From Flavobacteriaceae bacterium (GTDB lineage Bacteria; Bacteroidota; Bacteroidia; Flavobacteriales; Flavobacteriaceae), in contig CANLLR010000010.1 of assembly GCA_947491985.1 (NCBI GenBank), forward strand, positions 4,920 through 68,919: a stretch of 64,000 bases of DNA. Reading direction: 5' to 3'. How positions within the stretch are numbered: the stretch's first letter is position 1; each line of letters opens with the position of its first letter. A program made the position numbers and the translations under genes. This document shows, in pieces, positions 39,159-49,352 of the stretch. The notes beneath the pieces are model-generated. The model searched no databases, had not been told where the DNA came from, and worked only from the letters and a program-made list of their open reading frames with translations.

Positions 39159-40202
39159 TTGAAAGCGACCTATTATCAATATAATCTTCATTTTAAAAAG
39201 CCATCCGGAACATCGCGTGGTGTTTTGACCGACAAAGAAACCTGGTTTATTGTTCTTGAAAACAAAGGCAAAAAAGGAATAGGCGAGTGTGGTTTGTTGC
39301 GCGGATTGAGTTGCGATGATCGACCCGATTATGAAGCAAAATTACAATGGACTTGCAATAATATCCATCTTGGAAATGACTTACTTTGGGAAGCGCTTAT
39401 AGAGTTTCCTTCGATACAATTTGGCGTCGAAATGGCTTTCCAGTCGTTAGCAAGTGAGAGTCCTTTTTTACTCTTTCCATCACCCTTTACAGAAGGCGAG
39501 AAAGCCATCGATATAAACGGTCTTGTTTGGATGGGAGAAGCCTCGTTTATGAAGCAACAAATTCAAGAAAAATTATCGCAAGGTTTTAACTGTATCAAAC
39601 TCAAAATCGGCGCCATTGATTTTCAAAAAGAACTCGATTTATTACACTTTATTCGTCAAAATTTTGATGAAAACACCATAGAAATTCGAGTTGACGCTAA
39701 CGGCGCTTTTAGTCAATATGAAGCTTTAAATAAATTACATCAATTATCTGGTTATAAATTACATAGTATAGAACAACCTATTGCAAAAAACTACACTGAC
39801 AGTATGGCAGAGCTGTGTAAAATCACTCCAATTTCGATTGCATTGGATGAAGCGCTAATAGGTTTGTTTTCAATGACTGAAAAAGAGCAATTACTTCAAA
39901 AAATTAAACCACAATTTATCATTTTAAAACCGAGTTTTATAGGTGGATTTAGAGGAACAAGTGAGTGGATTTCTTTAGCAAAAAAGCACCAAATAGGTTG
40001 GTGGATTACGTCGGCTTTGGAGAGTAATATAGGCTTAAATGCGATAGCACAATGGACCTATTTGCAACACAATTTAATGCCGCAAGGATTGGGAACAGGT
40101 GGATTATATACTAATAATTTTGATTGTCCGTTGGACGTTTCTGGTGGAAAATTATGGTATAAAAATGAGTTTCCATGGAAATATGATCAGATTCAATTTT
40201 AA
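39159..40202 (+). CDS. menC: o-succinylbenzoate synthase
   Basis: KLKIG, RVDANG, IEQP, ALDE, ILKPS; men context; TTG start. Confidence 0.9.
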   Translation: MKATYYQYNLHFKKPSGTSRGVLTDKETWFIVLENKGKKGIGECGLLRGLSCDDRPDYEAKLQWTCNNIHLGNDLLWEALIEFPSIQFGVEMAFQSLASESPFLLFPSPFTEGEKAIDINGLVWMGEASFMKQQIQEKLSQGFNCIKLKIGAIDFQKELDLLHFIRQNFDENTIEIRVDANGAFSQYEALNKLHQLSGYKLHSIEQPIAKNYTDSMAELCKITPISIALDEALIGLFSMTEKEQLLQKIKPQFIILKPSFIGGFRGTSEWISLAKKHQIGWWITSALESNIGLNAIAQWTYLQHNLMPQGLGTGGLYTNNFDCPLDVSGGKLWYKNEFPWKYDQIQF

Positions 40203-40208
40203 AAGATA

Positions 40209-40240
40209 AAAAAAACCACTTAATTTCTCAAGTGGTTTCT
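40209..40240. terminator. Terminator between menC and the acyl-CoA dehydrogenase gene
   Basis: AAAAAAACCACTT...AAGTGGTTTCTT. Confidence 0.7.
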
Positions 40241-40271
40241 TACAAACAATTAACTAAAATTAAAAACTAAA

Positions 40272-42062
40272 CTAAAAGCAATAACTATTTTCGGCAACTA
40301 ATTTTGTAGTGATGGTTTCTCGTAATCCTACAATATTAGGCATGTTGGTGTATTTTGTAAAGCGGCGTAATCCCATAAGCATCATGCGCTGTTCATCGCC
40401 TTCTGCAAATGAAATAATGCTTTCTTTTCCTTTTTGGGTAATGATGTCAACGGCTTTATACAAATACAATTCGGCCATGGCAATTTGTTCTTTTACAGCA
40501 TCCTGTCCTTTCGATTTTACTAATTTTTCAGTTCGTAAAATGGTACTTTCAGCCATGTAAATTTCAATCAACATATCCGCAGCCGCAGTAAGCAATTGTT
40601 GGTGGTCTTCTAAATTGGGACCGTATTTTTGAACGGCACCACCAGCAACCATTAGGAAAGCCTTCTTCAATTTGGCAATCATTTCTTTTTCTTCTGAGAA
40701 TAATTCCGAGTAATCTGGCGTTTCAAAAGAAGGAATTCCCATCAACTCTTCTTGTACTTTTGAGGCTGGACCTAATAAATCAATGTGACCTTTCATCGCT
40801 TTTTTAATCAACATTCCAACCGAAAGCATGCGGTTAATCTCATTTGTTCCTTCGTAGATACGTGCAATACGAGCATCTCTCCATGCTGATTCCATTGGAG
40901 TGTCTTCAGAAAATCCCATTCCACCATAAATTTGAATACCTTCATCGGCACAATTTTGAACATCTTCAGAAACCGCGACTTTTAAAATGGAACATTCGAT
41001 AGCAAATTCTTCTACGCCTTTCAACTCAGCTTCTTGATGTGAATTTCCTTCTGCTTCACGCAATTTGATTCGGTTTTCAATATCTTTTGCTGCTCTGTAG
41101 GTAGCACTTTCACCTGCATAAGTTGAAGTTGCCATTTCGGCTATTTTATATCGAATAGCACCAAAACTAGAAATAGGTACGTCAAACTGTATGCGTTCGT
41201 TGGCATAATTTATTGCATTGGAAGTCACTCTTCTTTGCGCATCCAAACAAGCTGCTGCTAATTTGATTCGGCCCACATTCAAAGAGTTCATAGCGATTTT
41301 AAATCCGTTTCCTCTTTCCGATAGCATATTTTCAACAGGAACTTTAGTATCGGCAAAAAACACCTGACGGGTAGAAGACGCGCGAATTCCGAGTTTATGT
41401 TCTTCTTCGTTCATCGTAATGCCATTGGCTAGATCATTTTCTACTATAAAACCCGTAATGTTTTTGTCATCTTCGATTCGGGCAAAAACGATAAACACCG
41501 AACAGAATCCTGCGTTGGATATCCACATTTTTTGTCCCGTGATTTTATAATGCGTTCCGTCTTCAGATAAAACTGCTTTGGTTTTTCCAGAATTGGCATC
41601 ACTTCCGGCGCCTGGTTCTGTTAAGCAATAAGCGCCAAACCATTCACCAGAGGCCAATTTAGGCACGTATTTTAATTTTTGTTCCTCCGTCCCGTAAAGG
41701 GTAATTGGCATAGTTCCGATACCTGTATGCGCTCCAAATGCGGTAGAAAAAGAACCTGTAGCTCCCGAAATGTAATCACACACCAAACAAGTGTCTACAA
41801 ATCCCATTCCCATTCCGCCATAATTTTCAGGTACAGCAACGCTTAAAAAACCCATTTCACCGGCTTTTCGCATTACATCTTCAGTAAACTGATAATCTTT
41901 GGCTTCAAAGCGATTTTTGTTCGGCCATATTTCTTTATCAACGAATTCTTTAACAGAATCACGCATCATAATTTGCTCTTCTGAGAAATCTTCTGGAGTG
42001 AAGATGTCTTCGCATTTGGTTTCTTTTACAAGGAATTGCCCTCCACGTGTTATGTCGCTCAT
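40272..42062 (-). CDS. Acyl-CoA dehydrogenase
   Basis: YCLTEPGAGSD, KMWISN, KLGIRASST, GGMGF, IYEGTNEI. Confidence 0.95.
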   Translation of the reverse strand: MSDITRGGQFLVKETKCEDIFTPEDFSEEQIMMRDSVKEFVDKEIWPNKNRFEAKDYQFTEDVMRKAGEMGFLSVAVPENYGGMGMGFVDTCLVCDYISGATGSFSTAFGAHTGIGTMPITLYGTEEQKLKYVPKLASGEWFGAYCLTEPGAGSDANSGKTKAVLSEDGTHYKITGQKMWISNAGFCSVFIVFARIEDDKNITGFIVENDLANGITMNEEEHKLGIRASSTRQVFFADTKVPVENMLSERGNGFKIAMNSLNVGRIKLAAACLDAQRRVTSNAINYANERIQFDVPISSFGAIRYKIAEMATSTYAGESATYRAAKDIENRIKLREAEGNSHQEAELKGVEEFAIECSILKVAVSEDVQNCADEGIQIYGGMGFSEDTPMESAWRDARIARIYEGTNEINRMLSVGMLIKKAMKGHIDLLGPASKVQEELMGIPSFETPDYSELFSEEKEMIAKLKKAFLMVAGGAVQKYGPNLEDHQQLLTAAADMLIEIYMAESTILRTEKLVKSKGQDAVKEQIAMAELYLYKAVDIITQKGKESIISFAEGDEQRMMLMGLRRFTKYTNMPNIVGLRETITTKLVAENSYCF

Positions 42063-42072
42063 TGTTTTATTA

Positions 42073-42542
42073 TTTTAAATTTTGAATTATAAATTTTAAA
42101 TTATTTTACTTCTGTTGATGTTTTAATTGTTTTAGTGATTATGCTTATAATGTGTTCAATTTCAATTAAATATTTATCAACAGGGATTTTGGTTAACTTA
42201 GATTCATCTAAAAGTTTCAATCAATACTTTGTTTCTCGTGCTTCTTTTGATGCTATCGATAAATTATTAATAAAATCTTTCTTTAACTGAGCTGCAATTG
42301 CTTCTTCAACATTAGCTCCAATACTCGTTCCCAATCTTACTATTTGCTTAGAAATTATAAATTCATTTTCCTTTTTTAGTTGAATAAATAAATTTATGAT
42401 CGTGAGTGCAAAATCAAATGTCTTGTTGGCAATTAAATTTTCTTTAATGGTGTATATATAATTATTTTGAATGCTAAATTTTGAATTTTAAATTAATTGC
42501 CTCTCAGGAAACTATTTAAAATTTATATTTCAAAATTTATAA
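42073..42542. repeat. TTTTGAA/TTTTAAA heptamer arrays around the four-helix pseudogene
   Basis: Four-unit arrays at 42073-42100 and 42465-42492 (same sense) and an inverted array at 42515-42542. Confidence 0.8.
42101..42448 (-). pseudogene. Four helix bundle protein pseudogene
   Basis: Manual translation KENLIANKTFDFAL...SKQIVRLGTSIGANVEEA...KEARETKY*LKLL; ATT where ATG is expected and TGA (42223-42221) at the conserved YWL Trp. Confidence 0.88.
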
Positions 42543-43718
42543 TAGTTCGAAGACACCCGCACTTCCTTGACCCGTTCCCACGCACATGCTTACAATTCCG
42601 TATTTATCGCCACGGCGTTTCATTTCGTCAAATAGTTGAACTGATAATTTTGCTCCCGTGCAGCCTAATGGATGTCCTAATGCAATGGCACCACCGTTTA
42701 CGTTTACGATGTCGGGATTCAATCCCAATTCGCGAATAACGGCTAATGATTGAGAAGCAAAGGCTTCGTTCAATTCGATTAAGTTAATGTCGTTCAAAGT
42801 TAAACCAGCTTGTTTTAAAGCTTTCGGAATGGCTTTCACTGGTCCGATTCCCATAATTCTTGGTTCGACTCCAGCAGAAGCAAAATTCACCAATCGTGCA
42901 ATAGGCGTAATGTTTAATTCTTTTACCAACTCTTCGCTCATGATTAAAACAAAAGCAGCTCCGTCACTCATTTGCGATGAATTTCCTGCGGTAACACTTC
43001 CGTCAGCGGCAAAAACAGGTTTCAATTTTCCTAAAGCGGCTGTGTTGGTATCGGCTCTTGGTCCTTCATCTTTTGAAACTGTATAAGATTTTGTTTCTTT
43101 TTTTCCATTTTCGTTAAGGAACGTTTGTTCAATTATAATCGGAACAATTTGTTTATCAAATTTACCTTCAGCTTGCGCTTTCAAAGCTTTTTGATGCGAG
43201 TGAAAAGCAAATTCATCTTGATCTTCACGCGAAACGTTGAATTGTTTGGCTACAGCTTCGGCAGTTAAACCCATTCCCCAGTAGTAATCTTCGTTACCTT
43301 CTTTCGCTACTGCATAATCGGGTGTGGGTTTGTAACCTCCCATTGGGATAAAACTCATGCTTTCGGCTCCACCAGCAATGATGCAATCGGCCATACCGCT
43401 CTGAATTTTCGCCGTTGCCATTCCGATAGTTTCCAATCCAGAGGCACAATATCGATTAACAGTGACACCCGGAACATCGGTTACTTTTAATCCCATTAAG
43501 GAAATCAAACGACCTACGTTTAAACCTTGTTCGGCTTCAGGCATGGCGTTTCCAACCATTACGTCATCGATACGCTTTTTATCAAAATCAGGCAATTCAT
43601 TCATCAGGAACTGAATGGTTTCAGCTGCCAATTCGTCGGGACGTTTGAAACGAAAAACTCCTTTGGGTGCTTTTCCTACGGCGGTTCTGTAGGCTTTTAC
43701 TATGTATGCTGTTTTCAT
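42537..43718 (-). CDS. fadA: Acetyl-CoA C-acyltransferase (thiolase)
   Basis: [27 protein letters not shown]. Confidence 0.93.
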   Translation of the reverse strand: MKTAYIVKAYRTAVGKAPKGVFRFKRPDELAAETIQFLMNELPDFDKKRIDDVMVGNAMPEAEQGLNVGRLISLMGLKVTDVPGVTVNRYCASGLETIGMATAKIQSGMADCIIAGGAESMSFIPMGGYKPTPDYAVAKEGNEDYYWGMGLTAEAVAKQFNVSREDQDEFAFHSHQKALKAQAEGKFDKQIVPIIIEQTFLNENGKKETKSYTVSKDEGPRADTNTAALGKLKPVFAADGSVTAGNSSQMSDGAAFVLIMSEELVKELNITPIARLVNFASAGVEPRIMGIGPVKAIPKALKQAGLTLNDINLIELNEAFASQSLAVIRELGLNPDIVNVNGGAIALGHPLGCTGAKLSVQLFDEMKRRGDKYGIVSMCVGTGQGSAGVFELL

Positions 43719-43736
43719 ATTTTTAAGTTTTTTTGG

Positions 43737-43806
43737 AACACAGATTTGAGAAATTTTAAAAATCTAAGAAATTATTAAAATTTCTCGAATTTCTTAAATC
43801 TGTGTT
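43737..43806. repeat. Inverted repeat built from 9-bp units
   Basis: AACACAGATTTGAGAAATT...AATTTCTTAAATCTGTGTT (18/19 match); internal GAGAAATT/AAGAAATT units. Confidence 0.85.
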
Positions 43807-43816
43807 GCTCCTTATA

Positions 43817-46207
43817 TTAATTCCGTAATGGTTTTCCTTTGGTTAACATAAATTGGATTCTCTCCAATGTTTTTCTTTCGGTACACAATGATAAAAATGC
43901 TTCACGTTCAATGTCTAATAAATATTGTTCTGATACTAAAGTTGGTTCTGATAAATCGCCACCTGCCATTACATAAGCGAGTTTGTTTGCAATTTTTTTA
44001 TCGTGCTCCGAGATGTATTTTCCGGCTTGCATTTGATCGGTACCGACTAAAAACATTCCGAGTGCCTGTTTACCCAAAACTTTCACATCTTTACGTTGAA
44101 TAGGTTGTGTATACCCTTGCTCAGCCATTTGCAAAGCGATTTGTTTTGCTACAGCAATTTGTCGGTCTTTGTTGACAACCACAATGTCTTTTCCTTTTTG
44201 TAAAACGCCCATATCAAAAGCTTCGTAAGCCGATGTGGCTACTTTTGCCATTCCGACTGCGAGGAAATATTCTTGTAACACATTCAATTCGACATCGTTT
44301 TTATGAAATAAATCGGAAGCACGAAGCGCCATTTCTTTAGATCCGCCGCCACCTGGAATTACTCCAACTCCAAATTCTACCAAACCAATGTAGGTTTCCG
44401 CTGCAGCGACAACACGGTCGGCGTGCATCGTCATTTCACATCCACCTCCCAGTGTCATTCCGTGTGGAGCAACAATTACTGGAGTAGAAGAGTAGCGCAC
44501 GCGCATCATGGTGTCTTGGAAATATTTGATAGCCATGTTCAATTCTTCATATTCTTGTTCGACTGCCATCATAAAAATCATTCCGATATTGGCACCCACC
44601 GAGAAATTAGCTCCTTGATTACCGATAACCAAACCATTGTATTCCTTTTCGGCTAAATCGATTCCTTTATTGATAGCAGCTAAAACGTCGCCACCAATGG
44701 TATTCATTTTCGATTGGAATTCGAGATTTAAGATGCCGTTACCCAAATCGATAATAACAGCGCCGCTATTGCTCCATATTTTTTTGCTCTCACGGATGTT
44801 GTTTAGGATGATGAAACTGTCTTGTCCTGGAATTTTTTCTTGTGCTTTTGATGGAATGTTATAGAAATACGTGGCGCCTTCTTTAATAGTATAAAAATTG
44901 CTACTTCCAGAAGCTAGCATTTCAGCTACCCAAGCTGCTGGTTGATAGCCTTCGGTTTTCATTAAGGCAATTCCATTTTCAACACCGATGGCATCCCAAA
45001 TTTCGAACGGACCGTTTTCCCAACCAAACCCGGCTTTCATGGCATCGTCAATCTTATAAAATTCGTCAGTAATTTCGGGAACACGATTGGAGCAATAGGC
45101 AAACATTGCCGAAAAGTTTTTGCGGTAAAAATCGCCTGCTTTATCTTTTCCTTTCACTAATACTTTAAAGCGATCGATGGGTTTATCGATGGTTTTGGTT
45201 AATTCTAAGGTGGCAAACGAAGCGCGTTTTGCAGCTCTGTATTCTAATGTCTCTAAATCTAATGATAGAATATCTTTTCCTTCTTTTTTGTAAAAACCTT
45301 GAGCGGTTTTGCTTCCGAGCCATTTATTTTCCATCATTTTGTTGATGAAATCAGGAAGTTTGAACAATTCGTGTGCTTCGTCATTAGGGCAATTTTCATA
45401 AATCCCGTTAGCAACGTGCACTAATGTATCTAGACCAACGACGTCGACTGTTCGGAAAGTTGCCGATTTAGGTCTACCAATAACTGGTCCAGTTAATTTA
45501 TCTACCTCTTCAATGGTCAATCCCATTTCTTTTACCAAATGGAACAGACTTTGGATTCCGAAAATACCAATACGATTTCCTATGAACGCCGGAGTATCTT
45601 TGGCAACGACCGAAGTTTTTCCTAAGAATTTAGAACCGTATTCGGTTAGAAAATCCAATACTTCTTTAGCCGTTTTTGGACCAGGAATGATTTCAAATAA
45701 TTTCAAATAACGTGCTGGATTAAAGAAATGTGTGCCGCAAAAATGCGCTTGAAAATCGTCACTTCGGCCTTCACTCATGAATTTAATTGGAATTCCGGAT
45801 GTATTAGAAGTTACTAAAGTTCCGGGTTTACGGAAGGTATCGATTTGTTCGAAAACGATTTTTTTAATATCCAATCGTTCTACAACAACTTCAATTATCC
45901 AATCGTAATTGGCAATTTTGGCCATGTCATCGGTAGTATTTCCGGTTGTAATTCGATTGGCGAATTTATGACTATAAATAGGGGAAGGGTTCGATTTTAA
46001 TGCGTTGGCTAAATGATCATTAACTAATCGATTGCGAACGATTTTAGATTCTAAAGTGAGTCCTTTTTTCTCCTCAATTTCGGTCAATGTGTTCGGAACG
46101 ATGTCTAAAAGTAAGACTTCCAATCCGATATTAGCAAAATGACAAGCGATTCCAGAACCCATGATTCCAGATCCAATTACAGCCACTTTTTTGATGGTTC
46201 TTTTCAT
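43817..46207 (-). CDS. fadN: 3-hydroxyacyl-CoA dehydrogenase/enoyl-CoA hydratase (FadN type)
   Basis: GSGIMGSGIA, SNTSG, GTHFFNP, LGGGCE, GKPLRN terminus. Confidence 0.92.
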   Translation of the reverse strand: MKRTIKKVAVIGSGIMGSGIACHFANIGLEVLLLDIVPNTLTEIEEKKGLTLESKIVRNRLVNDHLANALKSNPSPIYSHKFANRITTGNTTDDMAKIANYDWIIEVVVERLDIKKIVFEQIDTFRKPGTLVTSNTSGIPIKFMSEGRSDDFQAHFCGTHFFNPARYLKLFEIIPGPKTAKEVLDFLTEYGSKFLGKTSVVAKDTPAFIGNRIGIFGIQSLFHLVKEMGLTIEEVDKLTGPVIGRPKSATFRTVDVVGLDTLVHVANGIYENCPNDEAHELFKLPDFINKMMENKWLGSKTAQGFYKKEGKDILSLDLETLEYRAAKRASFATLELTKTIDKPIDRFKVLVKGKDKAGDFYRKNFSAMFAYCSNRVPEITDEFYKIDDAMKAGFGWENGPFEIWDAIGVENGIALMKTEGYQPAAWVAEMLASGSSNFYTIKEGATYFYNIPSKAQEKIPGQDSFIILNNIRESKKIWSNSGAVIIDLGNGILNLEFQSKMNTIGGDVLAAINKGIDLAEKEYNGLVIGNQGANFSVGANIGMIFMMAVEQEYEELNMAIKYFQDTMMRVRYSSTPVIVAPHGMTLGGGCEMTMHADRVVAAAETYIGLVEFGVGVIPGGGGSKEMALRASDLFHKNDVELNVLQEYFLAVGMAKVATSAYEAFDMGVLQKGKDIVVVNKDRQIAVAKQIALQMAEQGYTQPIQRKDVKVLGKQALGMFLVGTDQMQAGKYISEHDKKIANKLAYVMAGGDLSEPTLVSEQYLLDIEREAFLSLCTERKTLERIQFMLTKGKPLRN

Positions 46208-46214
46208 TTTATTA

Positions 46215-46335
46215 TTTTAAATTATAAATTTTGAATCTTAAATTAACCTATAATATGATGCTTTATTTTTTTACTTGAATTATTTCTTATTAGATTATTT
46301 AAAATCATTTAAAATTTATAATTCAAAATTTAAAA
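46215..46335. repeat. Inverted pair of TTTTGAA-type heptamer arrays with no gene between
   Basis: TTTTAAA-TTATAAA-TTTTGAA-TCTTAAA (46215-46242) and TTTAAAA-TTTATAA-TTCAAAA-TTTAAAA (46308-46335). Confidence 0.75.
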
Positions 46336-46347
46336 TAGAAATCAAAA

Positions 46348-46779
46348 TCAAAATATCTTTTTTTCAGTAATCAAATCGTTTATTATTTCTGCCACTTCCA
46401 TAAAGTGATTTAGCTTTTCTTCTGGAACATTTTTTTTGATCACTTCATTAAATTTCAAAACAGTAATTTTCGATTGTTCCCGCATTTCCTTACCTAAATC
46501 TGTGAGGTATATTAGTACACCTCTACCGTCTTCTGGATTTTTCTGACGTGTAATTAACCCTTTTTCTTCTAACGTTTTTAATGTCCGTGTCAGACTTGTT
46601 GCTTCCATTCCCATTCGATTACTGATGAATGAAGAAGGTGTTCCGACTTCTTTATCAATACTTAATAAAGCAAATCCAATAGCCATAGATCCTTCAAACT
46701 TGGATGCTTCTTCATTGTACATTCTGGCAACCGATTGCCATGTGGCACGCAGAACATAATCGATAGTTTTTTCCTTCAT
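46348..46779 (-). CDS. MarR family transcriptional regulator
   Basis: TSLTRTLKTLEEKGLI.R..NPEDGR; start moved to ATG 46779, consistent with the -7 element TATCTTTG at 46805-46798. Confidence 0.92.
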   Translation of the reverse strand: MKEKTIDYVLRATWQSVARMYNEEASKFEGSMAIGFALLSIDKEVGTPSSFISNRMGMEATSLTRTLKTLEEKGLITRQKNPEDGRGVLIYLTDLGKEMREQSKITVLKFNEVIKKNVPEEKLNHFMEVAEIINDLITEKKIF

Positions 46780-46813
46780 AGTAAGTTCGTATAAGTTCAA
46801 AGATACAAAAATT

Positions 46814-46831
46814 TATTATGCACGCATAGTA
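46814..46831. promoter_or_regulatory. Putative MarR operator
   Basis: Near-palindrome TATTATGC-AC-GCATAGTA inside the marR promoter. Confidence 0.65.
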
Positions 46832-46918
46832 TTTATATTATTTTTTTATTATTTTAAAAAAAAGGAATAAAAAAACTCCTCTAGAAACTGAGGAGTTCAC
46901 TGCATATAATTAAATAAC

Positions 46919-47302
46919 TTATTTCAATTTGCCGATTACTAAAGCCACTGCAGCGCCAACTCCAGCACTCAATACTATAGAAATAAGTACATCAATGGCA
47001 AAGGTTTTGTAATCTATAGGAATGTTCGAGTACATGAATAAGTTCATGTACAAACTACTGAAAAATCCTATAATAGCTCCGGCTTTTAGTCCACTAATGA
47101 GATTTGAAATTCCAGCCCAACGTGTAAAAATAAAAGAAACAAAAAAGCCAAATGTCATACATCCTAAAAAGATCTATTCAATTTTCATGTCTGGAGATTC
47201 TGGGAAAATGTCTTTAAATAACATTCCATAAAAAAGCCAACCTAGAAGAAAGTCGACAATTCCTCCGACAATTCCTCCAACAATAAAGTTTTTTACATTC
47301 AT
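46919..47302 (-). pseudogene. Small 4-TM membrane protein interrupted by an in-frame TAG
   Basis: MNVKNFIVGGIVGGIVDFLLGWLFYG...DMKIE*IFLGCMTFGFF...; TAG at 47176-47174, frame continues to 46919. Confidence 0.85.
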
Positions 47303-47468
47303 AATTTTTAGTTTTTTTGGTTAATACTATAAAAATAAAAAAAAATTAAGAACTGTTTAACTTTGTACAAGGTTATTTATCAACTTTTTATTTTTTTAAA
47401 TTGTTGATAACCAATTATAAAAGTAGATCACACAAAAAAAAAGCACCTTTTAAAAAGGCGCCTACTAT

Positions 47469-49247
47469 TTAATCGTTTCTAAATATTTTATCGTAGAGAT
47501 TAGTATATTTTTCTCTAATTACTTTTCGTTTTAACTTTAAAGTAGGAGTAAGTTCTCCGCCATCAATGCTCCATACATTTGGCGTTAATTCAAAGCGTTT
47601 GATTTTTTCCCAATTACCAAATTTTTCGTTTTGCGTGTCCACCTCTTCTTGAATTCTTTTTATTACTTGTAGATTTGTAGCAATTTCCTCGTTCAAATCG
47701 CCAATATCAATATGATGTCTTTTTGCCCATTCTCTCACAAAGTCAAAATTGGGTTGAATAAAAGCAGCGGGCATTTTTTCACCATCACCAATAACCATGA
47801 TTTGTTCAATAAATAACGACTGTTTCATGGCGTTTTCAATCAATTGTGGAGCTATGTATTTTCCACCTGATGTTTTAAACATTTCCTTTTTGCGATCAGT
47901 AATTTTCAAAAAACCTTCAGCATCAATAATTCCGATATCACCTGTGTGAAAATAACCATTTACAATCACTTCGTTAGTCATTTGTTCGTCTTTATAGTAG
48001 CCCAACATAACATTCGGACCTTTGCAAAGTATTTCGCCATCTTCGGCAATTTTGACTTCTACATTATTGATGACTTTTCCAACGGTTCCGATTTTAAATC
48101 CCTTATTTCGAACATCATTCACGGAGATTACAGGAGAAGTTTCTGACAAACCATAACCTTCCATTACAGGCATGCCGGCAGCTGCGAAAACGCGAGTAAG
48201 TCGAGGTTGCAATGCAGCACTTCCTGAAACCATAACGGTTAGATTGCCACCCAAACCGGCTTGCCATTTACTAAAAATCAGTTTTCTTGCAATTTTTAAT
48301 TGCGTTTCATACCAAAATCCGTTGGCACCGTATGGTTCGTAGCGCAAGCCCAAATCGATGGCCCAGAAAAAGAGTTTCTTTTTGATACCGGTTAAAGATG
48401 TTCCTTTAGCATAAATTTTATCATATACTTTTTCCAATAGTCTTGGCACCAACGAGAACACAGTTGGTTTGACTTCGTTTATGTTTTCCGAGAGCTTTTC
48501 GATGCTTTCAGCAAAATAGATTGCTACCGAATAGTATTGGTAAATGTAAAGTATAACACGTTCAAAAATGTGACAAATAGGTAAAAAACTCAAAGCCCTA
48601 CTTGTTCCTTCTTCAAATGGAATTCGAGGCGAACTGTCTAGAACGTTGGAAACAATATTATTATGCGAAAGCATTACACCTTTAGGTTTTCCAGTGGTTC
48701 CTGAAGTATAAATGATAGTGGCAAGTTCTTCTGGCTTAACGTTGTTTTTTCGGTCTTCTACAACATCTTGATTGGAAGTATCTTCACCCACTGTTAAGAG
48801 TGATGTCCAATTTTTGCAACCTACAATTTCGTTAAAAGAAAAAACTTCTTTTAAAAGTGGAATGTTTTTTTGAACCGATTTTAATTTTTCTAAAACTACA
48901 TCGTCTGAAACAAAGCAATATATGGCACCAGAATGGTTTAAAATATATTCATAATCTTCTGCAGAAATAGTGGGATAAATAGGCACTGTTTGCGCTCCAG
49001 TTTGAAGCACACCAATGTCCATGACGTTCCATTCGGTTCTGTTAGTCGAAGAAATTAAGGCAATTTTATCATTTTTTTGAATTCCCATTCGCAACAACGC
49101 TCTCGAGATTGCGTTGGCTTTGTCAATGTATTCTTGTGTGGATGTTTTTACCCATTTGTCGTCGTATTTGGTTACTAGACAGTCAGGTATATTATTTTTC
49201 TCTAACTGATAATAAGGGAAATCGAAAAGGCGTGTGATGGTAACCAT
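47469..49247 (-). CDS. fadD: Long-chain fatty acid-CoA ligase
   Basis: YTSGTTGKPKG, EGYGLSET, TGDIG, DRKK, TPTLKLKR. Confidence 0.92.
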   Translation of the reverse strand: MVTITRLFDFPYYQLEKNNIPDCLVTKYDDKWVKTSTQEYIDKANAISRALLRMGIQKNDKIALISSTNRTEWNVMDIGVLQTGAQTVPIYPTISAEDYEYILNHSGAIYCFVSDDVVLEKLKSVQKNIPLLKEVFSFNEIVGCKNWTSLLTVGEDTSNQDVVEDRKNNVKPEELATIIYTSGTTGKPKGVMLSHNNIVSNVLDSSPRIPFEEGTSRALSFLPICHIFERVILYIYQYYSVAIYFAESIEKLSENINEVKPTVFSLVPRLLEKVYDKIYAKGTSLTGIKKKLFFWAIDLGLRYEPYGANGFWYETQLKIARKLIFSKWQAGLGGNLTVMVSGSAALQPRLTRVFAAAGMPVMEGYGLSETSPVISVNDVRNKGFKIGTVGKVINNVEVKIAEDGEILCKGPNVMLGYYKDEQMTNEVIVNGYFHTGDIGIIDAEGFLKITDRKKEMFKTSGGKYIAPQLIENAMKQSLFIEQIMVIGDGEKMPAAFIQPNFDFVREWAKRHHIDIGDLNEEIATNLQVIKRIQEEVDTQNEKFGNWEKIKRFELTPNVWSIDGGELTPTLKLKRKVIREKYTNLYDKIFRND

Positions 49248-49352
49248 TTATTGTAATTTTGATGCAAATTAATTAATAAAACATAGATTAACAATATATT
49301 TTTAAATATACTTATTCATTTTAGTAGTTTTGCAGTAATTAGGTTTATATAA

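Noticed and set aside
42221..42223. TGA at a Trp position suggesting an alternative genetic code
   Set aside because: TGA terminates ordinary genes here (e.g. the MFS and marR genes), and the same frame also lacks its start codon.
47174..47176. Pyrrolysine recoding of the TAG
   Set aside because: No pyl genes or suppressor tRNA in the window, and the protein type does not fit.
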